From Mytilus trossulus (lineage: Eukaryota): a stretch of DNA of 64,000 bases. A program made the translations under genes and the position numbers. Shown piece after piece: positions 52,613 through 64,000 of the stretch. The stretch lies in the NCBI RefSeq assembly GCF_036588685.1, contig NC_086378.1:85126001-85190000 (forward strand), in the 5' to 3' direction. Below the pieces are notes generated by a model, which had not been told where the DNA came from, searched no databases, and saw only the letters and a program-made list of their open reading frames with translations. Each line of letters opens with the position of its first letter. The first letter of the stretch is position 1.

Positions 52613-52773
52613 AGGTAATGCATATTTTAAGGTTTTTCTTGTCGAAGAACACACCGAGGGGTGTCAGGATTGAGCAAATGGAAGACCGACCGGAGGGAGG
52701 TCTTTCTTTGAACAATCTTGACACCTCAAGGTGTGTTCTACGACAAGAAAAACCTCAAAATATGCATTATCTG
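52613..52773. repeat. Fold-back palindrome/MITE; an internally deleted copy lies at 31255-31345
   Basis: Arms TAATGCATATTTTAAGGTTTTTCTTGTCG..AACACACC / GGTGTGTT..CGACAAGAAAAACCTCAAAATATGCATTA. Confidence 0.75.
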
Positions 52774-52834
52774 ACTTATATACCGTAAAAAAACATTAAT
52801 TTTATAAAGATCCTATTTTACCAACAACACTTAA

Positions 52835-53611
52835 GGATGTACACCTCTGAGGAGCCAAAAATTTCTAGAATTAAACTTTTTTTCTTAACCTGATTTTTAG
52901 GTTTATAAGACTGTAACAAAACAATTGGTGAAGAAAAAAATCATATGGTGGTGTGCTTCTTTTTTTGCTACGGCCCGTTGAAAATGCCCAATTTTGATGA
53001 TTTTCTCACTTTTCATCAATTTTTACCTATTTTTGGGCTATTATCGTGAAAAAAATCACAGTTCCACAATTAAACTTTTTTTCATACTTTCCATAAAGAT
53101 GAAGTGGACCAATCTGAATAAATTCAACTTACAAAAACTATAGGTAGGTGTTAATATAAGAAAGTTTTATCATATTTTGATGCTTTTTTGTGAAAAATTT
53201 ACCATACTGCCAATTTTGTATTTTTATGATTTTTCTCATTTTAAAGAACAAAATGCATATTAATTCAACTTTTTTGTTATAAATGATTGAAAAAATACAT
53301 ATCTAAGAAATTTGAAAAGACCAAAATGAGATGGGATGTATATTATTCTTGTAAAATCATTTTTTGTATCCCTCACCCATTTTCTCAAAATTTTGACTAA
53401 AAATACTGACTTGAATGGTCGTAAAATTTGAAAACTGGATTATTCAAAAACCGTTCATGGTAAATGCACAATTTTTTCACAGAGTTATGTTTGATTATAA
53501 TATTTTTAAAATTCATTGATATTTTCCACTTCTATCATATGTTTTGGAAATAATTTAAGAACGATATTTCAACGAGACTGAACGAGACTGAAAAGTCAGA
53601 AGAATACATCC
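52835..53611. mobile_element. TTAA-flanked non-autonomous DNA element (Kolobok/piggyBac-like)
   Basis: TTAA|GGATGTA ... TACATCC|TTAA; interrupts a segment that is uninterrupted at ~31160-31200. Confidence 0.65.
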
Positions 53612-56600
53612 TTAAGTGGGATATTCCTTTCTAATGCGTTTAGGTTTTAATACGCCCTTCGGCTCATTTAAAATGTGAAATAAAACTCACTAAATACTTT
53701 TGATATAAACTTTTAAATTTGTTTATCCATACATAATAAAAATGTTACTGTAACTGCATGAAGTAAGACACAAATGTATTGTTACCATCCGATAACGGTG
53801 TTTGACAAATACAAAACACTTTGTACGTTATTTATTGTACCACTTAGCTTATGGAAAAGGGGGAGAGGTATGTTTTTTTTATTTGTTATGTTATTTCTAT
53901 CGCGGCAAAGTGGTTATTTTGTTAACAATTTTACTTGAATCGAATGAAAAATTCTGAAAAATTGTCTTTTGAATAGCAATACATTTTATTAATAGATAAT
54001 CATGATATAATTATATATCCTCCGCATCCGAACCTTTCCTGGGTTACTTTTATGTTATTCAATAGAAAATAAAATTATCGTATTAGTTGATCATTTAATA
54101 GAGTAAAAGGTATACATAAATTTTAAAAAGTTAAGAACTAACACGAAGAGGAATATAAATGCATGTAGGTCACAGTATGATTTCCTATTCAGTGTGTATC
54201 GTTCTGAACATGCATGAAATATTTGCCACTGGACGTTAAGCAAGCAACAAAAAATCAATCAACCTATTCAGTTTGACTCAATAAGATTTTCAAAATCGTA
54301 CACACGAATATGTTAAATCTAGATTTATTTTATGAAAGTCTAGCGATAAATCAACAAAACTTCACGTTATTTGTTTCTAAAATTAAAATGCGGGACTACA
54401 ATGACGGTTTCTTTTACACTTATCATCGATTGAACTTTAAAACATAATTTCCAAATCGGCAACAAAACAACTATTAGACGAATAAAGTTTTGAAGTAAAT
54501 CATAGATTGCATGTTCATCAAGGAAAATAATGACCTCAGACATTATTTTATGCCTTGGAGCATATATTATTGAAACATGGTATCGTCCGGGTTGATTCTG
54601 AAAAAGAATGCCCTGACGTTCTGAAAGAAAATAACTCCATATAGGTATATAAATGTATCAATTGGGTATTTCTCTAGCTTTAATCTTTTAAAATGAGAAA
54701 TATTCTGATTAAGGTTGTACTGTTTATGGAATAAGGCAATATATGGTCATACTAGAAACATTTTCAGTGTTAAAATCGTCCATCTAAGAAAAAAAGAGGC
54801 CCACTTGAGGCTAAATTTAGATAGAAATTATATTCTCTTGTGTAAAGAACTGTTCACATTCTTGGCAAATAATGCAGGAAATATTTCAATACTGCTTGAT
54901 TTTGTAGTCTATCTTTTATTATATCAGGCATATATAATTTTTCATTTTCTACTGTTTGCAAGGACTTTTGCGGGAAATTAATACTCCCAAGGGACATAGT
55001 TCAGCTTTTTCATAGATTAAGTTGTAATTCTTTAAATGTTTAAGATTTTAATTTTTGTATGTTAAAGATTTATTTAAAATACAATTGAAGTTGTTTTATG
55101 TTTAATCAATCATTAACCATATTTTATGTCATATGTTTAATTTACAAAACATTGTTTATAGTTTTCCAGATATTCTATTTATATCGACAATGCTTATTAA
55201 TAATGTACTATAAGCAATTATACGTACAATATACATGTATATTTTATACATTCTGTTGTTTTAGACTCAATTGTGTTTTTTCAGGTTAGTTTTTCCTAAA
55301 GAAATCACAAATGTATATTTTGATAAGAATATTTAGACCTTTAAACATGATGCATTCAGATAAATTTAATCTGTTATACTCTGATTTACTATTTTTATGC
55401 ACACACGAAGGTTTTTTTTTTAAAAGTGTGCTCCGCGCAAAATGTTTGTTACAAAAAACATCGCACCCGTTCATTCATTATACGAACAAAGTCCATGTTT
55501 GCCCCGGCCCAACCCTCAGATAAATATTGCACAGTTCCTTAAGGTGAAGTGTCTCTTTGTCAAAACAGAAATCTTTTAAACTTTAATAAATATGATTTAC
55601 AAAATTATCATATTTCTTATATTTTTTTATTCGTAAATGCATTTGAATCAAACTTGACTTCAATCTCATTTTTGAATACGAAAAATATAATTTGATCACA
55701 AGGTCATAACGTATTGATTATACATAATTCTAGCATCCTGTTATAAACACTACATAGAAAAAGTAAAATGTTTTTTTTTATCGTTCTATTGTACAACATC
55801 AATAACTATAAATAATTTATATAAAATAGCCTTGAATATTTTGATACGAACGTGCAACATGAAAGCTGGACGCGTATTTTATGTAGAAATTGTTTGTTGT
55901 GCATGTTTTTTCTTACTATAGAAACGACCGTTGGTTTTCCCGTTTGATTGGTTTTACACTAGTAATGTTTGGGGCCCTTAATAGCTTGCTGTTTGGTATG
56001 AGCCTATGTTCCGTGTTGACGACTGTACCTTAACCTATAATGGTTTGCTTTTAAAATTGTGACGTGAACGAAGAGTTGTCTCCTTGGCACTCAAACTACA
56101 TCTTCCTTTACCTCTTTTATATAGAAATTTCTTTTTAGTATACACTATCTAGTATAAAATGATTAAGAGATATAAACTCAATAAACAGGCGCCGTTTCCA
56201 AAAAAGTTGTAAAGCAATAAGGTTCATATTGAAAAATTGTAGTAATCTTTCTTCTTATGAAGTTTATCTTTTCCCATACGATAAACATCCAATAATGCAG
56301 GTTTAATACATAACTAAAGTTAAAAAAAAACTGACAGCCATGGTCAAAAGTTTTAAAGACGAAACATAACATATAATGTTATACCTTGAGTACTCAAATC
56401 TTATTAATAGATTCTTAATTTGATCTTAGATCAACAGAATTCCTGTTGCAAACGTTAATTAATCAAATTAAAAAAGTAAAACAATTAGGATAAAACGTTG
56501 GGAATGTGTGACTGTTTAAACAAGTGTTCCTTCCAAATAAAAAAGCCCATCGAGACAAAAATATCAGTTTTTGTCCATATACAATTTGTTATCGATCGTA

Positions 56601-58171
56601 TTGTCCATTTTATCAATATCCTGTGTAAACATTTGTCGAAATTGTGACTTTGTTAAGTTTTTGTGTATCCTTGCCATCAAAGGATAGAGTTGCAATCTGA
56701 TTTTTTTCAAAATAATAGCAATACATTTATATCTGTACTTTTAAATAAACAAATGATTAAAGATATTTTTTATATAATTCATTATTTTTGTTCATCATGG
56801 ATTGAGAAACATAAACATATATTTATTTTTAATGGGAACATAATAAAAGCAAGCGCTGTAAATATGCAAGAAGTTGTCGTTGTTGATGTGGTTCATAAAT
56901 GTTTCTCGGTTGTTTTTTTTTGTAATAGATTTGACCGTTGGTTTTACCGTGTTAATAGTTTTACACTAGTTAATTTAGGGGCAATTTTTATCTTGCTGTT
57001 TGTTGTTGAAGACTGTACTTTGACCTATATAATGGTTTACTTTTACAAATTGTGACTTGGATGGAAAGGTGGCACCCATATCACACCTTCTTATATTTAT
57101 ATAATGAGAAATAGGAAATTAAAACGAATTTACAAGTTCATCTAAGACCAACATTAAATGAGGGGTTGTAACCATGCTTTACTTAATGAAAGGAATAACA
57201 ATAATTGTTTAATTTCCAAATTTACCAAAGGAAGACAAAACCAAAAAATGGATGTTATAAATCATGCCGGTATCCTTTCATTGACTTTTGAGTTAATATC
57301 TCCCTTACAAACTAGCTGGCCATTCGCAACGGTATCGATGAAGTGTTTCAAACTGAAAAACTGAAAATGTCTAGAGATCTCCTTTTATTCAACACAAATG
57401 CATATACTCAAAATAATCAAAATACAGACAATATTAGATACCACACAACGTAAAAGACAAAAAGAGTGAGCAACATGAACCCCAACAAAAATTGGGGTGA
57501 TCCCAGATACTCCCGAAAGGTAAGCAGATCCTGCTCCACATGTTGATGGTACGTAATAAACAAAAAACGGTTTAAGGCTGATCTTCGACCTTTTATTGGA
57601 ATATGTTTATACATTGTGACTTTGATTGAAAGTTTTATCATTAGCACTCATACGGTGACATTCCCTTTTTACCATCTTATGGTGTTTAATATCTCAACTC
57701 ACTCGAATTGCTCGAGTGTAACGATAGAAATCTCTTTATTTCTGAAAATTATTACACCAGCGTTTTCGGTATTAAATACTAGTCAATAAAATTGATAAAG
57801 GAAATGACGGATGTGTCAAAAGGAAAACAACCCGACATAGAACAGACAACAACCGAAGGCCACCAACGGGTCTTTAATGTAACGAGAAATTCCCGCACCC
57901 GTAGGTGTCCTTCAGCTGGCCCCTTAAAAATACGTTTACTAGTACAGTAATAATCGACGTCATACTTAACTTCGAATTATACACAAGAAACTAAAATTAA
58001 ATTCATACAAGACTTACAAAGTCCAGAGGTCTTGGGACAGGTGCAAAATTGTGGCGGGGTTAAACCTGTTTATGAGATCTCAACCATCCCCCTGTACATC
58101 TAGTTAATGTAGAGTCCGATGTCAGATGATGTAAGAAAAGGAAATAAATAAAATGACAATAAAACATAATA

Positions 58172-59115
58172 AACAGCTGCGCCATGAGCGCATGATACGC
58201 CCGACGTCTAATGTGGAAGTTATATGCAATAATCATAAATAGTTTCTGAGAAAGTTTTAAGCAATAACCATACTAGTATATAGTTTTTGAGACATGGCGG
58301 GAAACCCCCACCCTGGTTTTTTTTTTACAAAAAACTAAATATCACTAAAATAAAATTTTCAATCAAAACCAAAACGTATACAGATCTTTAGATTAATATA
58401 ACAAAGAAGTGTGTAAAGTTTTGAGCCATAATCATAAATTATTTTTGAGATACGGCGCGACAGGTAAAAAAACCTCCCCTGTTTAACAAAATACTCAATA
58501 ACTCAAAAATAAAATTTTGAATCATCACTAAAAAGTATACAGATCTTAAGATCAATATAACAAAGAAGTGTGTAAAATTTTAAGCAATAATCATAAATTG
58601 TTATAGAGATACGGCACATGTAAAAAAAAAACTCCCCCTTTTTTAACAGAATACTCAATCACACAAAAATGAAATTTTGATTTCATCATCAAAAAGTATA
58701 CAGATCTTAAGATTATTATAACAAAGACATGTGTAAAGTTTGTAGTAATACTCATAAATCGATTTTGAGATATGGCGCGACATGTAAAAAAAAATCCCCC
58801 TTTTTTACAAAATACTCAATAACTCAAAAATTAAATTTTGAATCATCACCAAAAAGTATACAGATATTAAGATTAATATAACTAAGAAGTGTTTAAAGTT
58901 TTTAGCCATAATCAGGAATCGTTTTTGAGATACAGTGCGACATGTGAGAAAAAACACACCCCTGTTTTAGTAACCATGTGCCGTAAATCAAAAAGTTTTA
59001 TTCTAATTTTCACCAAAAAGTATACAGATCATTTGACCATCATAAGAAACAACTATATTAAGTTTCATGAAATTTGGATATGTCGTACTCAAGTTACGGT
59101 GCGACATATTTACGC

Positions 59116-59169
<54 letters not shown>

Positions 59170-59264
59170 GTACGACAGACAGACGGACGGACGGACGAAC
59201 GGACGGACACCGGACATGTGTATACCATAATATGTCCCGTCAAAATTTTGACGGGCGTATAAAA
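58172..59264. mobile_element. Helentron/HINE-like non-autonomous element with ~160-bp internal tandem repeats, (GACG/GACA)n microsatellite and 3' hairpin, nested in another dispersed repeat
   Basis: About 5 units containing AAAAAGTATACAGATC; microsatellite 59117-59215; hairpin CCCGTCAAAATTTTGACGGG; the flanks join into the repeat seen intact at 41600-41700. Confidence 0.75.
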
Positions 59265-59429
59265 ACAACATACTACTAGCAGTTAACTGTCATGCCAGCT
59301 TCAGACCTCAATTTAACTGATTGAAAATTTATGTCTCTTCATCATATGAATATCAGGCACAATCCATCTCGGTAGGGGTTTATTACCATACTATCATAGA
59401 ATATATGAGAAGAACATAATCCGTGTCAT

Positions 59430-60720
59430 GCCAACAACTGTTTTTTTCTCGAATAAATGTATTTAGTTCTGATGCAAATACCCTATAAGTGAATACATAT
59501 TAAAGCCAAGATATGCAATCTTTAATGACCTGACAACAGTATCGTAACTGTATCCCTTTTTAATAAGTTTTGTTTAAAGGATTTGCAAGCTTTTGAGGTG
59601 AATACTGACATTATTGTGCTTTATAAAGACTATTACAATAAAAGATTGGATGTGAAATACCAGAACGTATAAGATGTCTTGCATGTTGAATTATATTTAC
59701 GAACTATTTCCTTATACCGATGATAAAATTTAGTAAATGTTTTGACCAGTTTGTGATATCGAAAACTTTGGTGTTATAATATTTCAGTAATACATAAATT
59801 TCTCTCGCTAAAATCTAATATATTGTTACATACATAAGCGAATCGTACAAGTTGAGATATATAAACACCATGAATTGGTGACAAGGGAACGTCACCATCT
59901 TTAAATGACTAATTAACGATAGGAAATAAAAGTCATCCCTTTTATCACACATTTTAGTATTAAGCATTCCGTTAATGATATAGATATCAAAATTGAGGAA
60001 AGCGAAGTGGTCATTGTAAGTATTAGCTTTATTTAAGTAAGTTAAACAAGATAATATAAAAAAGAAGATGCGGTATGATTGCCAATAAGACAACTATCCA
60101 CAAGAACCAAAATGACACAAACATTAACTATAGGTCACCGTACAATAAATTTCTTTAGTATACATACTGAAGTCGTCATTATTGAGAGCCAATATACCAT
60201 ACAATAATTAAAAGTATTGTTAAATTTTTGTATCAAATGTTGTTTCGATGGGTCTTTGCTGATTTTAGTCATACATTGTAACTCATATCAATACAAAAAC
60301 AGGTCCGCAATAAGTTGTGCACAGTTAGTCTCTATTGGAATTCCAATAACTTGACGATGTACGAAATCTCCAAAGCGAACAAAGATGTAATAAGGTTATA
60401 ATGCATTTACTATATTTTATCATTGCTACATGGAAATCATTTGTCAATATAAACCAACATGCAGACCTATCATACGTTTAGGTACTCTACATCCATGCTT
60501 TTACAAAGCGCAATAATGACTTGATCAGAAGGAACTGTTGTCAGATTATTAAGAATGGCATAGAATGGCATATTTGACATCAATATTGATTCAGTAAGAG
60601 TCTTTGGATGGGAAATTAACTCATTTATTCGAAAACAAGTTGACATAATAAGGGTTATGATATATTTTAAATTGGTATGAAACTAAACCCCAAATAGTCA
60701 TACCAGGCTATCAGTTTAAT
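59430..60720 (-). mobile_element. Degenerate Penelope-like RT fragment interrupted by a short repeat (60055-60145)
   Basis: DKRDDF motif in ORF 59815-60093 and ILALNNDDFSMYTKEIY on the minus strand. Confidence 0.55.
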
Positions 60721-62361
60721 ACGGCAGAATCACATTTCGCTTACATAAGACTCATCATTGATCCTGACACTAAGATCAAGATAGTTAGAAAACAAAACAA
60801 GTACAAAGTTGAAGAGCATTGATGACCGAAAATTCCAAAATTTTGTGCCAAATACGGCTAAGGTTATTTATGCCTTTTATAAGAAAATCTTTAGAATTTC
60901 GAATAATTCATAATAGATATTCATGTTTTCACTGAAGTTCCGACTACTCGGATTGTGATACCATCAGAGACGAAGCGGAAACCAGCAGTGGCATCGACCC
61001 AGTGGTGTTCATAGTTAAATTCAAAGGTTGCAGGCTTATAATTTAATACGCCAAAACGCGCATTTCGGCTGTAATCCACCATTTTCTACATTAGAAAAAG
61101 CCTGTACCAATTCAGGAATATGACAGTTGTTATCCATTCGTTTGATGTGTTTTGATTTTTGATTTTGCCTTTTGACTTTTGATTTTCCTTTTTGAGTTTT
61201 CCTCGGAGTTTAGTATTTTTGTGTTTTTACTTTTCGTAGACATAAAAGTCATCGGTGACGCTAAGATCAAAATAGTTAGAAAGCCAAACAAGTTCAAAGA
61301 TGAAAATCATTGATGAACCCAAAAAATTAAAAAAAAGTTGTACAAAATACGATTAAGGTTATCTACGCCAGGGATGAGAAAATTCTTAGTATTTCGAATA
61401 ATTAATCCTTTTGCAAACTGCAAATTCATAAAACAAGAGGGATTGTGCTGATTTTCAAAGGATGACGACATAATATTCAAATCAGTTTAATTAAGGTCTA
61501 GAGCTGTTATTTCAGTCACTACTAGAAGATCTTTGTTTAATTATGTATTATTGTTATTTTCCGTTGCTTCATTTGTTACTTTTTCTGTCATCGGATTCGC
61601 ACTTTCTTTAAATTGAGTTGAACTGTGCGTATTATTGCGTGTTGCTTGATTCTACATTTGCTAGATATACATTTTTGTAAATAGGGAGAGTTGAGGTTCC
61701 ACAAATATGTTAAACAACGCCACATTAATTCATTTATATGTTTTGGTGTTGAGTATGACGTCCATTTGCAATAAAGTAGTTCACATACATTTAGGGGCTA
61801 GCTGAATGTGTGGGTGTAGGTGTGGGTTTAAAGACCCATTGGTAGCCTTTTTCTGTTATCTGCTGTTTGATTGGATTGTTATCTCTTTGACATACACACA
61901 ATGTCCATTCTATTTTTTCTTTTATTGTTATTTGTGTGTACATACCAGGATAAAATTTACCAATATTATGTTCCTGGCAACTAAACGTTGAACCTTTTAA
62001 CCTTTTTAAACAGAAATTGAATGATAAAAGTATTTTAACGCTTTATAACTTAATACTGACATGTTTCACTTTTATGAAGTTGAGTTTGTGAAAGGACATC
62101 TTCCTCAAAAACAAAACAACTTAGTTAAAAACTAAGACCAATACCTGATGATATGGGATTAATTTGAAATGTCCAGTGGCAAAATAATTTTGTGAAATTA
62201 GATATCTATTTTAATGCATAGAAACACACTTTAACAATTTACACAGGCTCAACAAGAAATCAGTCTATACAAAACTCATACCAATCAAGGAGAAAAGATT
62301 AAAAGTAAGAATAACAGGTGTATATCTGGTGTAGAATCATTGTCGTAAGGAAACCTTCGAA

Positions 62362-62581
62362 CTATGCAACATAATAACAGTAGTACACTTCAGTGGTATC
62401 TGTTTTCTTTGGATGAGTTCCACCATCACTGCTGTTGTTCCTGTCATCTTCATCGTCCGTCTTCACAGATTCCTGACGGACAGTCATTCCACGTACACGC
62501 TGGCACGACGAGGTGTACTGGTACAAATAAAAAGGCTCTCTGGTTGGTAGATTAATGTAACTGTAGGCCGAGCCATCAGAC
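62362..62581 (-). CDS. ApeC copy 5 (type B) terminal exon; the rest of the gene presumably lies beyond the window end
   Basis: AATAG acceptor; SDGSAYSYINLPTREPFYLYQYTSSCQRVRGMTVRQESVKTDDEDDRNNSSDGGTHPKKTDTTEVYYCYYVA*; 3' flank homologous to that of copy 3. Confidence 0.88.
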
Positions 62582-63545
62582 CTATTAAAATTTGATAATG
62601 TAGAAATCATGTATTGATCATAAATCTAACCTTCTTTAAATTTCTAGGAATATCATTAGTTAAAAGTGACCACGTGGAAAACATGTATATTTCAAAAGGG
62701 ATTTGTAGGCGTGGTATATTTTAATACACGGCTAGTAGAGGTGTTATGTTCCTTTATTAAAAAACACGGCGTCGGAGAATTATAGAAACATTTAAACTGC
62801 TTAACACATAACGACACTAACGACGAAAAATTATAAAAAATACAGAAAAGGCTTATCAGTTGTTGCTATTGGCATTTTACTTTTTATATGGAAGACTTGA
62901 TCCCTTTTGTAAGCCATAAGTAAACAATGCCTCATGTTAAAATAGTTTATAAGATATATTCGTTACACATTATCAAAGTGACCCAAAACGATATATATCG
63001 TTTTAGGGCACGAGAAAACTGTGTAATTAATAATATCTCTACTCATGTTCAAGTGTTTTAAATGTGACATATATCTGAACATTAAACTGTTTGCCTGCTT
63101 TTTGCTGCTAAACAAATACAAGTATTTTGAAATCGTGTATTATCCATAAAGATGATATTTTTCTTTTTAATACGTTTTCCCATTAAATCTTCTCAAGAAC
63201 TACTTGATTGTAATAAAGATATTTAAATGGTATCTGCTAATATTTGTGACGAAGCTGTATATGTTTAGATGAAGCTATGTGTAGTAGTTTCTAAAAAATC
63301 AAATAGTCCGCTTTACATATTTCTCATTATGCGTCGTTTTAATGTAATTTTATCCGAATTTGAAGCGTACAGGTAACGTAATAGCCTCCACTTTGTAAGT
63401 TTTCATTTGTATGACGTCACGTTTAGCCATGACTTCTTTTTACCAAAATCATTCATGAATTTTCGCGGAATTTTTTTTTATTTGACAAATTTAGACATTT
63501 TTTCAAGATTTGTCGTATTTTTTCTTTTTGTAATGCATTAGAATC

Positions 63546-63680
63546 GGAATAACAGTACTGTAGTTGAAGAGTTGCCACCATCAATTTCGATTTCGCTACG
63601 CGTCGCCAGTTAAACTGCATTTGCGACAGTCAAATCTACAATTGACAGTGGCAATTCTTCAACTACAGTACTGTTATTCC
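63546..63680. mobile_element. 135-bp MITE with ~33-bp TIRs
   Basis: GGAATAACAGTACTGTAGTTGAAGAGTTGCCAC ... GTGGCAATTCTTCAACTACAGTACTGTTATTCC. Confidence 0.8.
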
Positions 63681-64000
63681 TTAAATATAATGGTATATTC
63701 TAATTATGAAAATGAAGACTGGAACTGATTTCAAAGTGGTTTTTTAATAACACTGTATAATTGGTTCCCATCAAATAAGCCTAAGACAAAATTTGAACTA
63801 TGCAAACAGTTATCAAAGGTACCAAGATTGTAATTTAATACTTCAGATGCGTGTTTCGTCTACAAAAGACTTATTAGTGACACTCAGATCAAAATAGTTA
63901 TTAGCCAAACCAGTACAAAGTTGAAGAGCCTTGATGACCCTAAAGTGTCAGCGTCCATGAACCATAATGTGAGTAATGAACTCTATTTAAATGAGACTTG

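Noticed and set aside
54713-55538. Another TTAA-flanked element
   Set aside because: TTAA-GG...CC-TTAA is present but the termini do not form convincing inverted repeats.
59067-59279. Overlapping RTDGQTD/DRRTD ORFs
   Set aside because: Translation of a (GACG/GACA)n microsatellite inside a non-autonomous element.

Overview
AT-rich (~70%) eukaryotic genomic DNA, most likely from a bivalve mollusc; the dispersed repeats look Mytilus-like, which is an inference. The window is dominated by a head-to-tail, minus-strand cluster of spliced genes encoding secreted ApeC-domain (apextrin C-terminal; apextrin-like/ACP) pattern-recognition proteins, reconstructed here exon by exon from GT-AG junctions. 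Copy 1 (5319-12954, 269 aa), copy 2 (15418-18217, 213 aa) and copy 3 (27980-32731, 215 aa) are intact. Copy 4 (40334-42862) is a 5'-deleted pseudogene, and only the last exon of copy 5 (62362-62581) lies in the window. The most notable observation is that copy 1 alone carries a hidden, symmetric phase-1/phase-1 exon (9578-9742, read in a frame the ORF track does not show) encoding a complete 6-Cys chitin-binding type-2 (CBM14/peritrophin-A) domain between the signal peptide and ApeC. This makes an apparently recently shuffled chitin-binding + ApeC receptor, and the same copy has lost the first Asp of its second DxED motif. The rest of the window is minisatellites, truncated LINEs and Penelope-like fragments, TIR/MITE elements and Helentron-like repeats.
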